Source: Eledone cirrhosa
Lineage: Eukaryota
Reading direction: 5' to 3'
Assembly (NCBI GenBank): GCA_964016885.1
Contig: OZ024742.1
Location: forward strand, 304,358,001-304,422,000
DNA: 64,000 nucleotides
Under the pieces are notes generated by a model that worked only from the letters and a program-made list of their open reading frames with translations, was not told the origin of the DNA and made no database searches. Positions 41,159-55,395 of the stretch are shown here, one piece after another. Position numbers and translations under genes: made by a program. Position 1 is the stretch's first letter, and every line of letters starts with the position of its first letter.

Positions 41159-41344
41159 AGAAAAATCTACCGAAATAAACAGTAGTGTCCAATCCGTATG
41201 AAGAACTCAATGTAATCCAAATATAGAAGATATCATGAAAAGAGAAAAATTTAACGATAAAAATCATAGGAAAACAGAGTCAAGATAAATTAATAAAAAC
41301 AATGAAATAAAAACAAAGAACAGGTTCCTTATATTGAAAAAAAT

Positions 41345-41486
41345 CATCATTTTACGATCGTTTCTGGGATATATATGTGTGTGTTGGTATGTATATCATA
41401 TTAAAGATCTATGTAAAAAAAATATTACAAATTATCACAGGAGATATACATACCTTCACTTATATATCCCATCTTCAGAAATGATG
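41345..41486 (-). ncRNA. Type I hammerhead with ~85-nt loop in stem II
   Basis: Reverse complement CATCATTT-CTGAAGA-TGGGATATATA...TATATATCCCA-GAAA-CGATCG-TA-AAATGATG: canonical core, 8-bp stem I, 11-bp stem II, palindromic stem III. Confidence 0.85.
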
Positions 41487-44058
41487 GAGTATGTTTATTA
41501 AAAGAAACAAAGTATTAATACAAAAAGTCTGTTTGGGAACAGGTTTTGAATTAACCAATAGAAAATAGTTAGAGGTCAAGTTGATAGAATAACAGTAGTA
41601 GAAACTTTATGCTAGGAGTGGAGGAATGTAAATTTATGCTTTGAATGATAAGAATACAATGGGGAAGAGAAAGGTAGGGGTTAAAATGAGGTCAAGTCAA
41701 TAAGATTGTGAAGGGTCCCCCCCCCAAAAAAAAAAAAAAAAATTGATGTTATGTTATTAAAGAATGTTAAAAGCGAAGGGGAAATAATTTTTTGTGGGAT
41801 GAGAGTGTTAAAATTATATTAATTCTTATGAATGTGATAAATAAAGAAGTTAAAAAGTTTTAAAAAAATAAAAAATATATATAGAAAGACTGAAATAGAT
41901 AACATTTTATAAAAAGTAGTGTATCTATCTAAACATCCATAATATTAAAGATATTAATTATATTTACTAATCCTAGGTATTAAATGTGATAGATAGGGGG
42001 TGCGGTTAAAAGAAGTAGTTATGTTAAAGATAATTTTAGGTAAAGTGAGCTGCAAGAGGGAAATAAAATTATGAAATTCTTTGTAGTAAATATCTAATTA
42101 TAGGTTAACTAAATACAAAAAAAAAAATTTTAAATTAATTATAATGATTTGTAAAATATAAAAGTGAGGTATATATTAATTAAGTTTATAATATTTGAAG
42201 GTTTTTCTAATTCTATGATTGCATGATATAATTAACTCCTCTCGCTTATTAAATAGGATATCATTAGATTTCATGATTTCAAATAGTCCTGGGAGCATAA
42301 CCTACACTCATATCTGCTATTTTGATAAGGGGTGGCACTTTTGAGCACGCTCCAGGTCAGGTTGTAATCAATATCCTTCTTTCTATAATTATTAATTGCT
42401 TCAGCCAAGGAGGTTGTATTAGCTAATGCGGCATTTTTAAAACTATGTTTGTGGGTATTAAATCTTACTTTAAATTGGTTAGACGTAGCTCCTATATAGG
42501 ATTGAGTGGAGTCCTTAGTATTATTACACATTTATAGAATATGTTATTAATAAGACAATTTCCCTTAAATGGGCAATTTCTTTTGATTCTACAGTTACAG
42601 CCGTTCGAAAATATTGTATCAGGAGAGTTACTTGTGTCATCTATAGTGGTATTAGTGTTACTATTTTCATTAATGTATGGTTTAGAATGGGTTGTAATTA
42701 GATTAGTATGGTTAGACAGGTTGTTGGTGGGTGATAGTTTAGGGGATGTGGAGCTAGAAGAGTTCTGTTCGTTTTGGAGATTATTAGTCAAAATTGGTGT
42801 GGAGTTTATTATAGGTGAAAAAAAAGGTGGTTTGTTTTGGTTTACTTTAGTATTATTATGGTTGGTTTGATGTGTTGGTGGTATATTTATGGGTGTTTTT
42901 ACACTTATATATATTGTACGCACTTATATTCTGTTGTATATTCTTGGTAGTGGAGTAGGAAAATTTGACAGTAGATCTATTTAAAATTTGATGGTATTTA
43001 TGGTTTGGTGGGAAGTTTTTCTCTAGGATAGCAAAGAACTTTTTAGCGATATGGTCTTTAATCTGTAGATTAAATGGAGCATTATACCAAGTAACCCGTC
43101 TATTACGGTTTCGACATTGTTTCTTATATTTATATGATGTATCGGGAGGTTTACTGAGAGAGTTACTATTAGTGATTTTATTATATATAGGTTTAGTTAG
43201 ATTAATTGATGTTTTACTAGAAATATTGTTAGTTATGTTGTTGACATATGTAAGAGTATTAGGGTGAATCGTTTTTTGAAAGTCATTTACTTTTATGTGA
43301 GAAGAGGTAGAGCAATTAAGTTTTGGGTTGGTGTTTTTAGGTGCAGTATGAGTGGCATTTAATTGTGGCTTTTTCATTTGGTGTTTGTTGGTAATATTAG
43401 GTTGTATGTTTGAAATATTATTGGTGCAAGGTATATAGACTAATTTGTTTTTGTGGCCGCTTCTAGCTAAAGCTTCATTATAAAGGGGCGCGTTTTTATC
43501 GAATACATCATGATTTGATGAAAGGTTAGAGATTCTGAGTGAGATATTATATGCTAGGTTTTAAAGGATAGATCTAGGGTGATTAGATTGTGAGTGTATG
43601 TAATGCAAGTTTTGGTTAGGTTTATGGTATGGTTGGTAGATACCTGTAGATAGGGCCATAGTTATATCTAGGGAATTGACTATTTATGTATTTCCTTTTA
43701 TGTATCTAGGTTCCTTGAAATTTAAACAAGAGTAGTATTCCTCACTAACACTCTCATCCCACAAAAAACTATTTTCCCTTCACTTTTAACAACATTCTTT
43801 AATAACATCAATTTTTTTCTTGGGGGGGTCCTTCACAATCTTATTGACTTGACCTCATTTTAACCCCTACCTTTCTCTTCCCCATTGTATTCTTTTCATT
43901 CAAAGCATAAATTTACATTCCTCCACTCCTAGCATACAGTTTCTACTACTTGTTATTCTATCAACTTGACCTCTAACTATTTTCTATTGGTCAATTCAAA
44001 ACCTGTTCCCAAACAGACTTTTTGTATTAATACTTTGTTTCTTTTAATAAACATACTT

Positions 44059-44197
44059 CATCATTTCTGAAGATGGCATATATAAGTGAAGGTATGTATA
44101 TATGCTCTGATAATTTGTAATATTTTTTACTAGCTCTTTAATATGATATACATACCAACGCACACATATATATCCCAGAAACGATCGTAAAATGATG
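44059..44197 (+). ncRNA. Inverted copy of the long-stem-II hammerhead
   Basis: CATCATTT-CTGAAGA-TGGCATATATA...TATATATCCCA-GAAACGATCGTA-AAATGATG; one stem II mismatch. Confidence 0.8.
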
Positions 44198-44318
44198 ATT
44201 TTTTCAATATAAGGAACCTGTTCTTATTTCATTGTTATTATTAATTTTTTATATATATATAACTCGTTCCATGGACAGAGTGCTCTACCACTACGGATAT
44301 TACCTTCCAGTGTTCTAC

Positions 44319-44372
<54 letters not shown>

Positions 44373-44539
44373 CGTTTCTGAATTTGTTTAGCAAGATTCT
44401 TTATCTTAAAACGTGTGTTGAAACCGATATTGTTATACTTTGGGAGGGTCATGTTGCCAATAAGAAACACACGCACCAGTTGCTTTCACTTCAATTTATT
44501 ATAATAAATTTATAAATTTAGTAATTTATAAATTTCCGG

Positions 44540-46720
44540 TTGGTTGGTTCCACAACCAGATGGTTGTTTATATATTGTCAAAGTTCTTTCGTCACACATT
44601 CTGTGACCTCTTCAGTGACTGGGGATTCTTTTCTTTGTTTTTGTGCCTCTCCTTTGTTCTGTCCTACGCCATTTTGTTTCTGTGTGCTCAGTCTGCGCAT
44701 GCGCCACATCCGGGCGTCTGTGTGTTTATATTCATTTATTTATTTGTTTATTTACATGTTACAGGTTGGTTGTTTTTTCTATGTGCGTGTGTGTTTTCAT
44801 TTTGTCCTTAATTGTAAGTTGTGATGTTGCTGTCCCACTCATATTTTCTATTTAATTTTGGTTGTAATTCTTTTATGTTTATTGCCTCTGTGATATGTTT
44901 AAACATTGCGTCTTTTCTGTGTGTAGATTCTATTTTTATTTCTATGTTCTCTAATTTACCCTCATGTTCTATTTTAGCATGTTGGTAGAGTACAGATGAT
45001 TCTTTACTATCTTGAAGGTCTCGCCAGTGTTCATTTATCCGTTCCCCTACACTACGAGCTGTCTCACCTATGTACACTATATTTTTGTCTCTACATTGTC
45101 CTTCGGTACATCTTATACTACATTTCTAGTTTTATAGTTAATATGGGGGCTTAATTTACAGGTTATACATTTCTTGTCTATACAGAGGGGTCTTTGAAAA
45201 GGGTATGTCTTGCTAATAAGTGTTTTTACGGAGGTACCTGGTCTTTCTACTATCTTAATATTGAGTTTATATTTATCTAGGGCCCTTCTAAATTTGTAAG
45301 CTAATTCACCTCTAGGGGTTGTATGGATGAACATTACACGCTGGTATTTATTGCTATCATACCATTAGTTTATTCTATTCGCCTTATTCCTAGTTCTTTC
45401 TATTCTATTCCAAAATTTGCTCCTATACAAGGGGCAGGTCCCATTTGTGTCATTATTTACCATTTTTCCCATTTGGTTCTGGCTCTTCTATACACTCTGA
45501 TTTTATCTCTCTGATTGTAACCAGAGAACTGCATAAGGTGGATGAAGTGTTGTATGTGTCTCTCTAGTTCTTCGGGGTTGTACATGCGAGACACGTTTCT
45601 CATCACCCGTACCAAATCCGCAATCAGTATGTTGATTTTGGTATGGTCCGAAACGGCTGAGTTTCAGTGGATCAGATATTTGGAAGTCATGGGTTTGGCA
45701 TAATGGGAATGGAGGATTTGTTTTTTGTTATTAATGGTATCTAACCAGAGCTCTGTGTCTAGTACAGGCAATCGATGTTTGGGGTGTTTACTTGGGTAGT
45801 CTATAGTAACTCTAATACTCTGGTGGATGGAGTTAGCTATTTGTTGGATGCTTTCCATTGTGTTTTTCTCTAATTCCTGACTGTTCTCTAGTGGGGGTGT
45901 TTTAACTACGATGTTAAATATCATCAACGTAGCGGGAGTACATTATCAGGGTTAAGGGGTCTTCTAATTGTTCTTTAAGTTTAAGTTTAAGTCTACTGTC
46001 CCACCATGCCATGAATAAGTTAGCTATGTCGCCTGCAATGCTAACACCAATGGCTGCTCCTTCCTCTTGGGCATATGTTTTTCTATTAAATTTGAACATA
46101 TGTTCCTTAAGGGTTAATTTTATGCTGGCCCCCACCGCATGTGCAATCATTTTCTTCAGTTCATCGTGGTTTTCGGGTGTCCGTATGGCTCTGGTCCACC
46201 CGTTCCATCTATCTGTGTGGGTTTTCTTGGCCATTGAGGTAATGGTAGGTGGTCTGCCTCTTGCTGGTCTTGTAGGGCACAGGTTGCTAAGGTCATATGT
46301 GTCTAGGTAATTATTACTATAGGTAAGTTTAAGTAGGAGTCCCAGCTCACTGGTATCAATCCCACGGAACTCAACATTGCTCTCACTGATCATTTCTACG
46401 CATTTCTCCACAGCAAAATCCACGTCAATAGATGGATACAGGGACATAACATCCATACTACCTATTATGCAGTTTGTTAGGTCCCTAGATCGGTTTCCCT
46501 CGCCGATTCTGCTGAGGAGGTCCTCCGTGCTGTCACATACATCTGGGGACATTTCAATGATGGGGCGTATGATCAGGGAGAGGAAGTAGGACAGTCTGTA
46601 GTTACTAGCAATGTTAGCTCCACAGACTGGCCGTGTTGGTGGTCCCGTGACAGGGTCACTGCCCGTTTTATGGTCTTTTCGAAGCCCATACAACGCCGGC
46701 ACGTCATTGTTCCAAGCCTG
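44540..46720 (-). mobile_element. 5'-truncated PLE of a third lineage (RT + GIY-YIG, frameshifted)
   Basis: LYGLRKDHK, TRPVCG, SMDVMSLYPSI, QEEGAAIG, SRYVDD (45914-46702); LPVLD, HYAKP (45664-45927); CIDKKCITC; YIGETARSVGERINEH...EAINIKELQPKLNRKYEW (44808-45077). Confidence 0.92.
44577..44619 (-). ncRNA. Minimal type I hammerhead in the 3' UTR of the 44.5-46.7 kb PLE
   Basis: Reverse complement GTCA-CTGAAGA-G-GTCACA(GAATG)TGTGAC-GAAA-GAAC-TT-TGAC; sense to the element, ~190 nt past its stop codon. Confidence 0.75.
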
Positions 46721-47287
46721 GAAGTTGTTGGCAGTCCTTTTGTAACAAATTGCCTCGGTAATTACTTTTTTCAGGGCTTCCGTGACTGAAAGGAAAGAAA
46801 TCTAAATGTTTCTTCAATCACGGGAGCTTGCCCAAATATTTGCAGAGGAGTTGATTTTGTGAAACTCAACTAGAGGTTAGGTGATGGTATTTAAATTGGT
46901 GATATTAAATATTCTGCCAAGTAGGTACAACTGGTTTTGAACACATAGCACAGAACATGTTTGGAATAGATACTGCAATGCATTGCGTTCAATGTTCTAA
47001 CAATACCCAAATAGTCACACACTCGCACGCACACACGCACGCACACACACCACACACACACATACACCCCCCCCCCCACACACACATATATATATATATA
47101 TATATGTATACCCACAGAATGTTTCAAATATTTCGATAACTTTCATAGCTGAGATGAATTTGACAACTTTCGGCCAGAAATGGCCCAGATCATACCTAAT
47201 TTAATAGCATTACCTAGCTAAACACACTTATTTATACAAAGTACGAAACATACTATGCAGAATCCATTAATATAGAGAGAGGGTGGT

Positions 47288-47700
47288 GGAGTGGTAGAAT
47301 GGTTAAGTGTTGGACAATATGCTTTGTGGCATAGTGTTACACCCCTTTTCATTCTGAATTCAAATCCCGCCCAGATTAGCTTTGCCTTTCATCCTTACGA
47401 GGTCGATAGAATAAAGCACCAGTAATGGACTGGGATCGTTTTGATCTACTTTTCCCTTCCAAAAGATTTTTAGCCTTGTATCTTTAGTAGAAAGCATTAT
47501 AACAATGGCGGTGGATTGGGTGTATCGGTAGAGGGTCGGGTACCATGCTTTGGCGCATAGAGTTACGGCCATTGCCATTCTGAGTTCAAATTCCGCCGAG
47601 GTTAATTTTTCCTTTCATCCCTACGGGGTAGATAAAACATCGTACCAGTAATGCACTGGAAAATTGCTGGCCTTGTGCCAAAAGTAGAAAAAATTATTAC
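47288..47700 (+). mobile_element. Two tandem SINE family A copies
   Basis: B-boxes at ~47357 (AATTCAAATCCC) and ~47582 (GAGTTCAAATTCC), each followed by the family body. Confidence 0.85.
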
Positions 47701-48197
47701 AGAGGTACATAAGACGGAAAAAATAATTGAAGGATACTGATGAAAACTTAGTTTCATGCTTCTGCGATAAGATAAACCTAATAGTTGACATTAAATGTTT
47801 AGTTCTGGTGACAGGATGTATTAAATTAGTGTTAATGTATATAGTCATCTATAACGTAAATATAAGATAAATAATAAAAATGAATGATCAAAATAATCAA
47901 GTAGATAAGATTAGTGTTTAGTACAAACTAAATCGTGTGGTGTGAATCTATAACTACAGAACGTATGTCGATGTCTTTTCAAATTTAATTATTTGGTGTT
48001 TCACATTTTAAACTTGTACTAAATATTCTGGGAAGGAGAAGAATCAGATTTATCTAGCATATGTTTAACCTTAAATCCTATGCTACAAAAGACTAAGACT
48101 GGAATTAGGATTTCAAGTAACTGATAGAGGCGTTTGTAATTTTGTCCCGTCCCACATACACATACGCACAACTCACACACACACACACACACACACA

Positions 48198-48259
<62 letters not shown>

Positions 48260-48371
48260 AATAAATATATATATATATAACAAAGAGGGTGTGGTATGAT
48301 ACCAGGTGGACCATAACGCACCAGAGTACTCAGTACTTAGGGTTATATTTCCTCCCAAAACTTAATTTCGA

Positions 48372-48530
48372 TTGGCAGTATCTGTTGAGCTTTGTACAAA
48401 TGCTTTGCACTATTTATTTTTTATGTTCTGAGTTCAAATCCCGTCGAGGTCAACTTTAATTTTCATCCCCCCGGGGTCACTAAAATAATACAGTATCCAG
48501 ACACTTACTTGGGATAATTTAATCGAATTT
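48372..48530 (+). mobile_element. Diverged SINE family A
   Basis: TTGGCAGTATCTG...GAGTTCAAATCCCGTCGAGGTCAACTTT. Confidence 0.7.
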
Positions 48531-51500
48531 CTCTTTCCGTCTGTAAGAAAGATTTATTAAAAGGCGACAATTTATCAGAATATTGAAATAAATTTGATAC
48601 AATATTTTGTCAGATATCTTTATATTCAGGGTATATATCTCACGGGAATTGACTTTGTTTTCAGTTGTCCACAGTACCAATAAACACTATAGTTAATTCA
48701 ATCGCCTATTAAGTAAAATTACTACTCACTAGTAGATCTCGTGTTTCATAAGATTATATATCTTCCTGGCATTGTTTTATTATGCTAAAAACGTGAAGGA
48801 GCTCATCATCCGATCAGACGAAGTAAACAGCAGTTTCATTGCTAATACAATCTGAAGTTTGCAACTCGTATCTCAAGGGGTAACTTGAATTAGAATATTT
48901 TGTTCGTGAACACAATGCAATGTGCCATCCAGAATCATGAATCTAACATCATAATTACTAGACCATGCGTCTTTAGTAAACATTGCTATTTATATCTTCA
49001 GTTTCGTTAATATTGTGAAATGTATAACACCCGAAATGGTTTTAACCATTGATTATGTCTTCGATTTCCTTCCATAGTTAAGATTGTTAAACACATAACA
49101 TTCGGACGTGTTTCATTATGTTAAATATTTCAATCATGTCTTCGTATTCGTTCCACGTTAATATTGTGTGAAGTGTAACACTCGAACGTGTTTCATTATG
49201 TTAAATATTTCAATTATGTCTTCAATATCTTTCCTTAGTTAAAGTCGATTAAAACGTAACACACGAACACAAACAGTGACAAGCGGAATACTAGCGTAGA
49301 TGTTATTACTACAATGTATAGATACTTAGAAAATGCAGGAGTGACAAATACTCTTGATTATAGAAAACGCACAATATTACATGAAATTACTATTGTTCTA
49401 CGAGCTACGAGGCTTTTAATACGAATGTTAGCAGTTAACGTTTGATAAGAAGATTCTGCCTGGATAGCGTTTAATTCTATCCTCTTTAGAGATGGTCTAC
49501 AAATTCTCTTTTACATATTCTTCACAGTTTGATATATTAAATTACTTTTAGTGAGAATTCCCTGTGGTGAATAAGAACTTAATGCATTCACTTCAATACT
49601 TTTACTATTCGGTCATTTTCAATTTGTAGCATAAAAAAAACGTTCTTCTAAATAATATTTTTGTCGTTGCTGCCTCTTTTTTGTTTCTATTGTTTCTGTG
49701 TATGTTTGTACACACACAGCACATATTTCTTTAATTTCAAATTTGTTTGGAGCGATTGTGAAGATAACTCAACAATGTGGAGTAAAAATATAAACAAATT
49801 TATCATTCTTTAGAGAAACGCACCAAGAACTTTAAAAGCCAAATTTTGATCCGAGTACGGACTGTTGTATTAAATGCCAGTACGACTAATAGAATTTCTC
49901 GTTAGTACTATCATAATATTTCCTTTAGCTTTTTTGCGTAATTGCTTTCTTGCGTAACACACTTGAAAGCAACCTGCGTTGATACAGGAGAGGCCTGTAT
50001 CTAAACAAACAAAACAATCCTCCTACCTCCCAGTCATCTTCATGTGGTCGCTCGGTTTGCTAGAAATAGTTGGCAATCCTTCCAAAAGTTATGACTTAGC
50101 ACCTTGGAAAAAGATGAATATGTTTGATACTGTAATCTTAGATATACAACGACAAAGTGGGGGATGAAAGAGCATTGGCTGAAAAACTTATAATCATAGG
50201 TCTGTTAAGTCAGGGATAACCTGAAGCTAAACCACCTAAGCAACAGCACCCACTTTCATCTGCATCATGAACAATCTTAACATTTGGAATGTGGATATGA
50301 AATCTAAAAGAAGTTGCTCATTCTATTCGATTATGTGACATAAATAAATAAAGATAAATTATATATTAAAAGGAAATAGAATGAAATATAAACAACTTTT
50401 GACTTAAGAAACATTGTGAAATCTGAATCGTGTGCATCCCATCGCAAGAAGAAAAAAATAGTTGAGAAAAACAGAAAAATACACCCGGTGACTTCAAATT
50501 ATATCCTTTTCAATGTTCAATCTATCCAATTTTCTAATGTATTACGTATTACTGATCGATATGTTTTATTATGGTCATTTGGACGCAAATATTTCAAATA
50601 TTTAAATATAATTATCTATTTATTATTTTCCTTCAATATCTGCTTACGTTTTTTTTTAATCTCCCATCAAACGTCTTATTTCTCCAGCTATTTGTTCCTG
50701 GAACAAGATAAAAGGGCAAAGGAAAGATGTAATGAAATACTTGCATTGCACAAAACAGTGATAATAACTCGTGAAAAGCTAATTATGGCCGACTTTTTGC
50801 TTATAATTAATAATGTTGGCATTATCAGTAGACAGTATGTTGATATTTTAATGTTTTGATTTTATTGTCGTTATCGTGTTGATATTGTTTCTTATATATA
50901 CATATATATACGTGTATGTGTGTGTCCGTGTCCGTGTGTATGTGTGTGTGTGTCCCTCACTGTTTACAATAACACATCAACGTCTCATTAACACCAACTC
51001 CACTTTCCATAGCATTCACATTATAGCACAACCTCTTTCTTTATCCGACTATCTCTTTCTCTCTTGTTCTTACTACAATTTCGATGTATATTTATTGCTT
51101 AATTGCGTGTTTATATCAAAATAAACAAACTCGCACACACAAAGTCAAGAAAGGACTCGATAAGGGTTGTGTATATTTATAAGTATATAAACACTCGTAG
51201 AGCAAATATTTATTATTGACACAGATTAACATATAATCAAATAATTTAAGTTTTCACCTTTAACGGGATCATCTGAAACTGAAAAATATCAATCTGTGAA
51301 CGCAGAAGTAAATATCTCAAAATAACTACGACCAAATATTGCCGTTAGAAAATAGAAAAACACTAGCAGAATGGCGCAGCGTTGCTCAGGATCCTAAACC
51401 TAGATTAGCATGTTTATTCCTCCTTTCTGAAACAGTAGAGAAGTACAGAATACCTGGCCTAGAGATGGTGTCTACATTTTGTGCTTATAAAAAAAATTCG

Positions 51501-51615
51501 TCGTAGATTACCAGGGTTTTATTCCGTGCGAAGAAAATAAATACTTTCTCGAGAAAAAAATACTTTTGTTTATATTTTGTTATTGTGTATGCAAAAATAT
51601 CTGTACACGAATATA

Positions 51616-51679
<64 letters not shown>

Positions 51680-51683
<4 letters not shown>

Positions 51684-52100
51684 TGATTAAAGTTTAAGCA
51701 AGGAATCGCAGCTTTCACCCTTAACGGGATCTTCTGAAACTAAAAAAATCAATCTGTGAACGCAGAAGTAAATATTTTGAAAAACGTTACACACTATATA
51801 TATATGTACATACACTATATATACATATATACACACAAATAGCGACGTCATAATGTCGTAATGCAGACAGTCAGACATACAGAGAGATATTATAAGGGCG
51901 TAACGTTATATCTATGTATCTATCTAAAATGAAAGACTAAAAATTATAGAGAGAGATCGCTTAATCGCCTACTGTGTTTTCTCAAAAGACTCACAGGACC
52001 ATAAGTATTACATTTGTAAAGTCTGAAAATAATCGGTTGGGGGGTTCTCGAGTTTTAGGGAGTCAGTCAGACAGACATTCTCTGTTTTAGATATATACAT
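51680..52100. mobile_element. Interspersed repeat, possibly a non-autonomous Helitron-like element
   Basis: TTAAAGTTTAAGCAAGGAATCGCAGCTTTCACCCTTAACGGGATC recurs at ~51245, 56560 and 63038. The end AAATAATCGGTT...CTCGAGTT...CAGACAGAC...ATATATACATT resembles Lep1-like helitron termini. Classification uncertain. Confidence 0.4.
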
Positions 52101-52570
52101 TACGGTAGCGCGTGAAGAAGTTCTCTTGAGATGAGCGAAATGTATGCAAGTAGAATTACGCCATTAGGTGATGCAGGAAGGAGAAATTCTTGCTATGAAA
52201 AAGTCTGAAGACTAATATTCTTCGTCTATTTGTTCTTCATATTTAAAAGTCAGCTCGAGAGTAGCACAGAGGCGACTGAGGTAAGCTGGACATGCTGACC
52301 GACATCCAGAGTTGACACTGCACTCAGTGCTCCTATCCTAGCCGCTGCATGCACACACTGGAAGAGGGAGACCGAGACTGACATATGCTGATGCCCTAAG
52401 AACAGACACTGGTCCCTTGGAGACGCAGGACATGGCAGCGATGATAAGACCGCTGGACAGAACTCGTCTATGGATCTCGGGAAATTTACCCGCCATATAT
52501 ATATATATATATATAACATATGTATATAAATATGTATACATATTTATGTGTATATACATATATACATATG

Positions 52571-52649
<79 letters not shown>

Positions 52650-53308
52650 TGTGTGTGGTGTGTGTGTGTGTGTGAATCCGCTTGCGAATCTCCTGAATTG
52701 TACCTGATATACTAAGCTGGACTAGTTAGGCACTTCACCAAACGTCAGTGACCATTACGTTGCTTCTTCTAATTTCTTTTGTTATACGTATTTCCTCTTG
52801 CCGTCTTTCTCTCTACCCGTATCTCTCTAACCTCACTATGCCGAAGCCAAAAAACAAACAAAAAGAAAATTTCGTCGCCAATTAGTTCCTCACTCAAGGC
52901 TTTACCTCGTTCTCTTTCTCAGTTTTCACTCCATCTCTTTTCTGCCTCTTCCATCTCTTTCGTTTTAAGCATGAAAACGCACATACAAACCCGGCTTAAT
53001 GCCATACAAGATTATCCCAAATTTAACCCACATTTACAATGCTTGCTATTTATCTTACTTCTTTAAGCAATAGCCGCTTTTTTTCTTTTCTTTTTTTTTG
53101 TATTATTCTCTGGTTCCTCTCTTTTTTTTCTCGATTTTCGTTTCACCTTTAACTGCCACTCCTCGACCGTCTCTTTTGTGTATGAAAGATTAACCTTCAA
53201 AATTTAGAAGTCTTTCTTTTATTTCCATTTTCCATTTACCATTGAAGTAACAGCATTCAACGTACTGCGAACTCTGTGTTTGTTTAACCTCTTTATTTTG
53301 TCTTTGAT

Positions 53309-53432
<124 letters not shown>

Positions 53433-53440
53433 ATACATAC

Positions 53441-53505
<65 letters not shown>

Positions 53506-53754
53506 CATATATGTGTGTATGTGAATGTCTGTGTGTGTGCGTGTGCACATCCGTATGTGTCTTGTCTAAATAAACTTATTCTGGTTTAACGACCATAGTT
53601 AGACAACTCAAACGTTTTAATTCTTTAAATCTAATTAAATATGAAATTTCGGTTAACTTTTAAAATATTGATACAATTTGGTATTTGAAATGTATCCACC
53701 CCATCTTAAATATATTAGTGCTTTACCTGATTTTTTCCACTATTATTTATTATG

Positions 53755-53905
53755 TGGATTGGCAGTCCCGGTAGAGGGCCGGACACCATGCATCTGAGTT
53801 CAAATCCCTCCGAGGTTAACTTTCATCCTTCCGGGCTCGATAAAATAAAGTACCAGTAGTGCGCTCTGACAATTGCTGACCTTGTGCCAAAAACAGAAAC
53901 AATTA
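53755..53905 (+). mobile_element. SINE family A
   Basis: GGATTGGCAGTCCCGGTAGAGGG...GAGTTCAAATCCC...AGAAACAATTATT. Further fragments at ~55533-55645 and ~63123-63180. Confidence 0.8.
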
Positions 53906-54479
53906 TTTATTGTTTTCTGCGGCTGTTATAGTCAGGTAAGTTGGGGCGAATGCATTTAAAATGTCTAAATCAATATGTTTAGTGGAAAGTATTTGATCTT
54001 TAGCGATACGCTGAGATGCATGTGTTTCTGATTTATCAGATGTTACTACTGAACTGAATCTGTAAGAAATTAGAATTACTAGAGAGATATTAGTGTTTCG
54101 AAAATTAATAAAGAGCAGCTGGATTATTTTAAAGAGACAATGTAAAATTATAATCATTCAAGCGCCTTCCTTAATAACATGAGATGCTAACAGATTAAGA
54201 TATCGAACCTACGACCATATGATCACAAGAAAAACTCCCTATCCAATAAATCCCTCGTCTTCCCATCACTACTTGTACCAAATTATAGATTAGAATGTTT
54301 CCAACGAGATGAATAGTGTTCAGTTTTATTCAAAGGGCATGTTGTTGACATGGGTTTTAAAGACATTAGAAAATGATTTCCTAGTGATTACAACCGAAGA
54401 AAAGACATACGCACACACAGACTCATATACATATATAAATAAATAAATAAATAAATAAATATATATATATATATATACA

Positions 54480-54540
<61 letters not shown>

Positions 54541-54542
54541 CC

Positions 54543-54598
<56 letters not shown>

Positions 54599-54774
54599 GG
54601 TTTACATATGCATAAAGTCATAGATATATATGTTGCAACCGGTCACGTTGTGGCTCTATGAAGAATTAATAACTTAAATAATCAGAGCAATATATCATAA
54701 ATCATGTCCTTAGAATTATTAGATAAAATATATATATATATATATATGTATGTATATATATATATTTATTTATG

Positions 54775-54830
<56 letters not shown>

Positions 54831-54941
54831 TAAATACATAAATAAATATATATATATATACATACATATATATATATATGTGTATATATATACGTTATAT
54901 ATGTATATATATATATATATGTATATTATATATATATATCC

Positions 54942-54974
<33 letters not shown>

Positions 54975-55132
54975 AACACACACACACATATATATATTCA
55001 TATATATATATATTTATTTATATATATATATAAGTCTATGTGTGTGTTCGTGTGAGTGTATGTGTGTGCACAAATATACGTACATACACAGAGATATAAA
55101 GAATGTGAGAGTGAGATCATTAGATGGATAGA

Positions 55133-55395
55133 TGCTGCCCGCCAAGCCGAAGAGGGCAAATTGTCCAAGTATCGGCTGCTCTCTGATAGGGTTGTGGTAG
55201 AGCCTGTAGCTATGGAGACTACAGTTTTTCTTGGCTCCTTGAGGACGTTGTTACTCACTACTATCGCAGCGGAGTGGACCGCCCGCAGGTGATAGGCACG
55301 CGAGTTGTAGTGGCTGTTCCAGCGCGTTTCCCTCGCCGACCTTTGGGGCAATGTAATCTCCATCCTGTCGGCTGGGACCCAGAAGTTAATTGGAG
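55133..55395 (+). mobile_element. 3' fragment of an RLE-type (CRE-like) non-LTR retrotransposon
   Basis: AARQAEEGKLSKYRLLSDRVVVEPVAMET...G, then in another frame WLFQRVSLADLWGN. This fits the restriction-like endonuclease C-terminal pattern K..KY...P.A.ET.G...FQRLS...RGN. Confidence 0.65.

Larger units (their letters stand above)
41287..44247 (-). mobile_element. 5'-truncated PLE (RT C-terminus + GIY-YIG) with ~500-bp inverted terminal repeats; possibly Hydra clade
   Basis: Minus strand: SNHPRSIL, ISLRISNLSSNHDVFDKNAPLYNEALARSGH, RRVTWYNAPF, FPPNHKYHQILNRSTVKFSYS, CNCRIKRNCPFKGNCLINNIFYKC, YIGATSNQFKVRFNTH, CRLC. 41287-41810 is inverted at 43747-44247. Confidence 0.9.
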
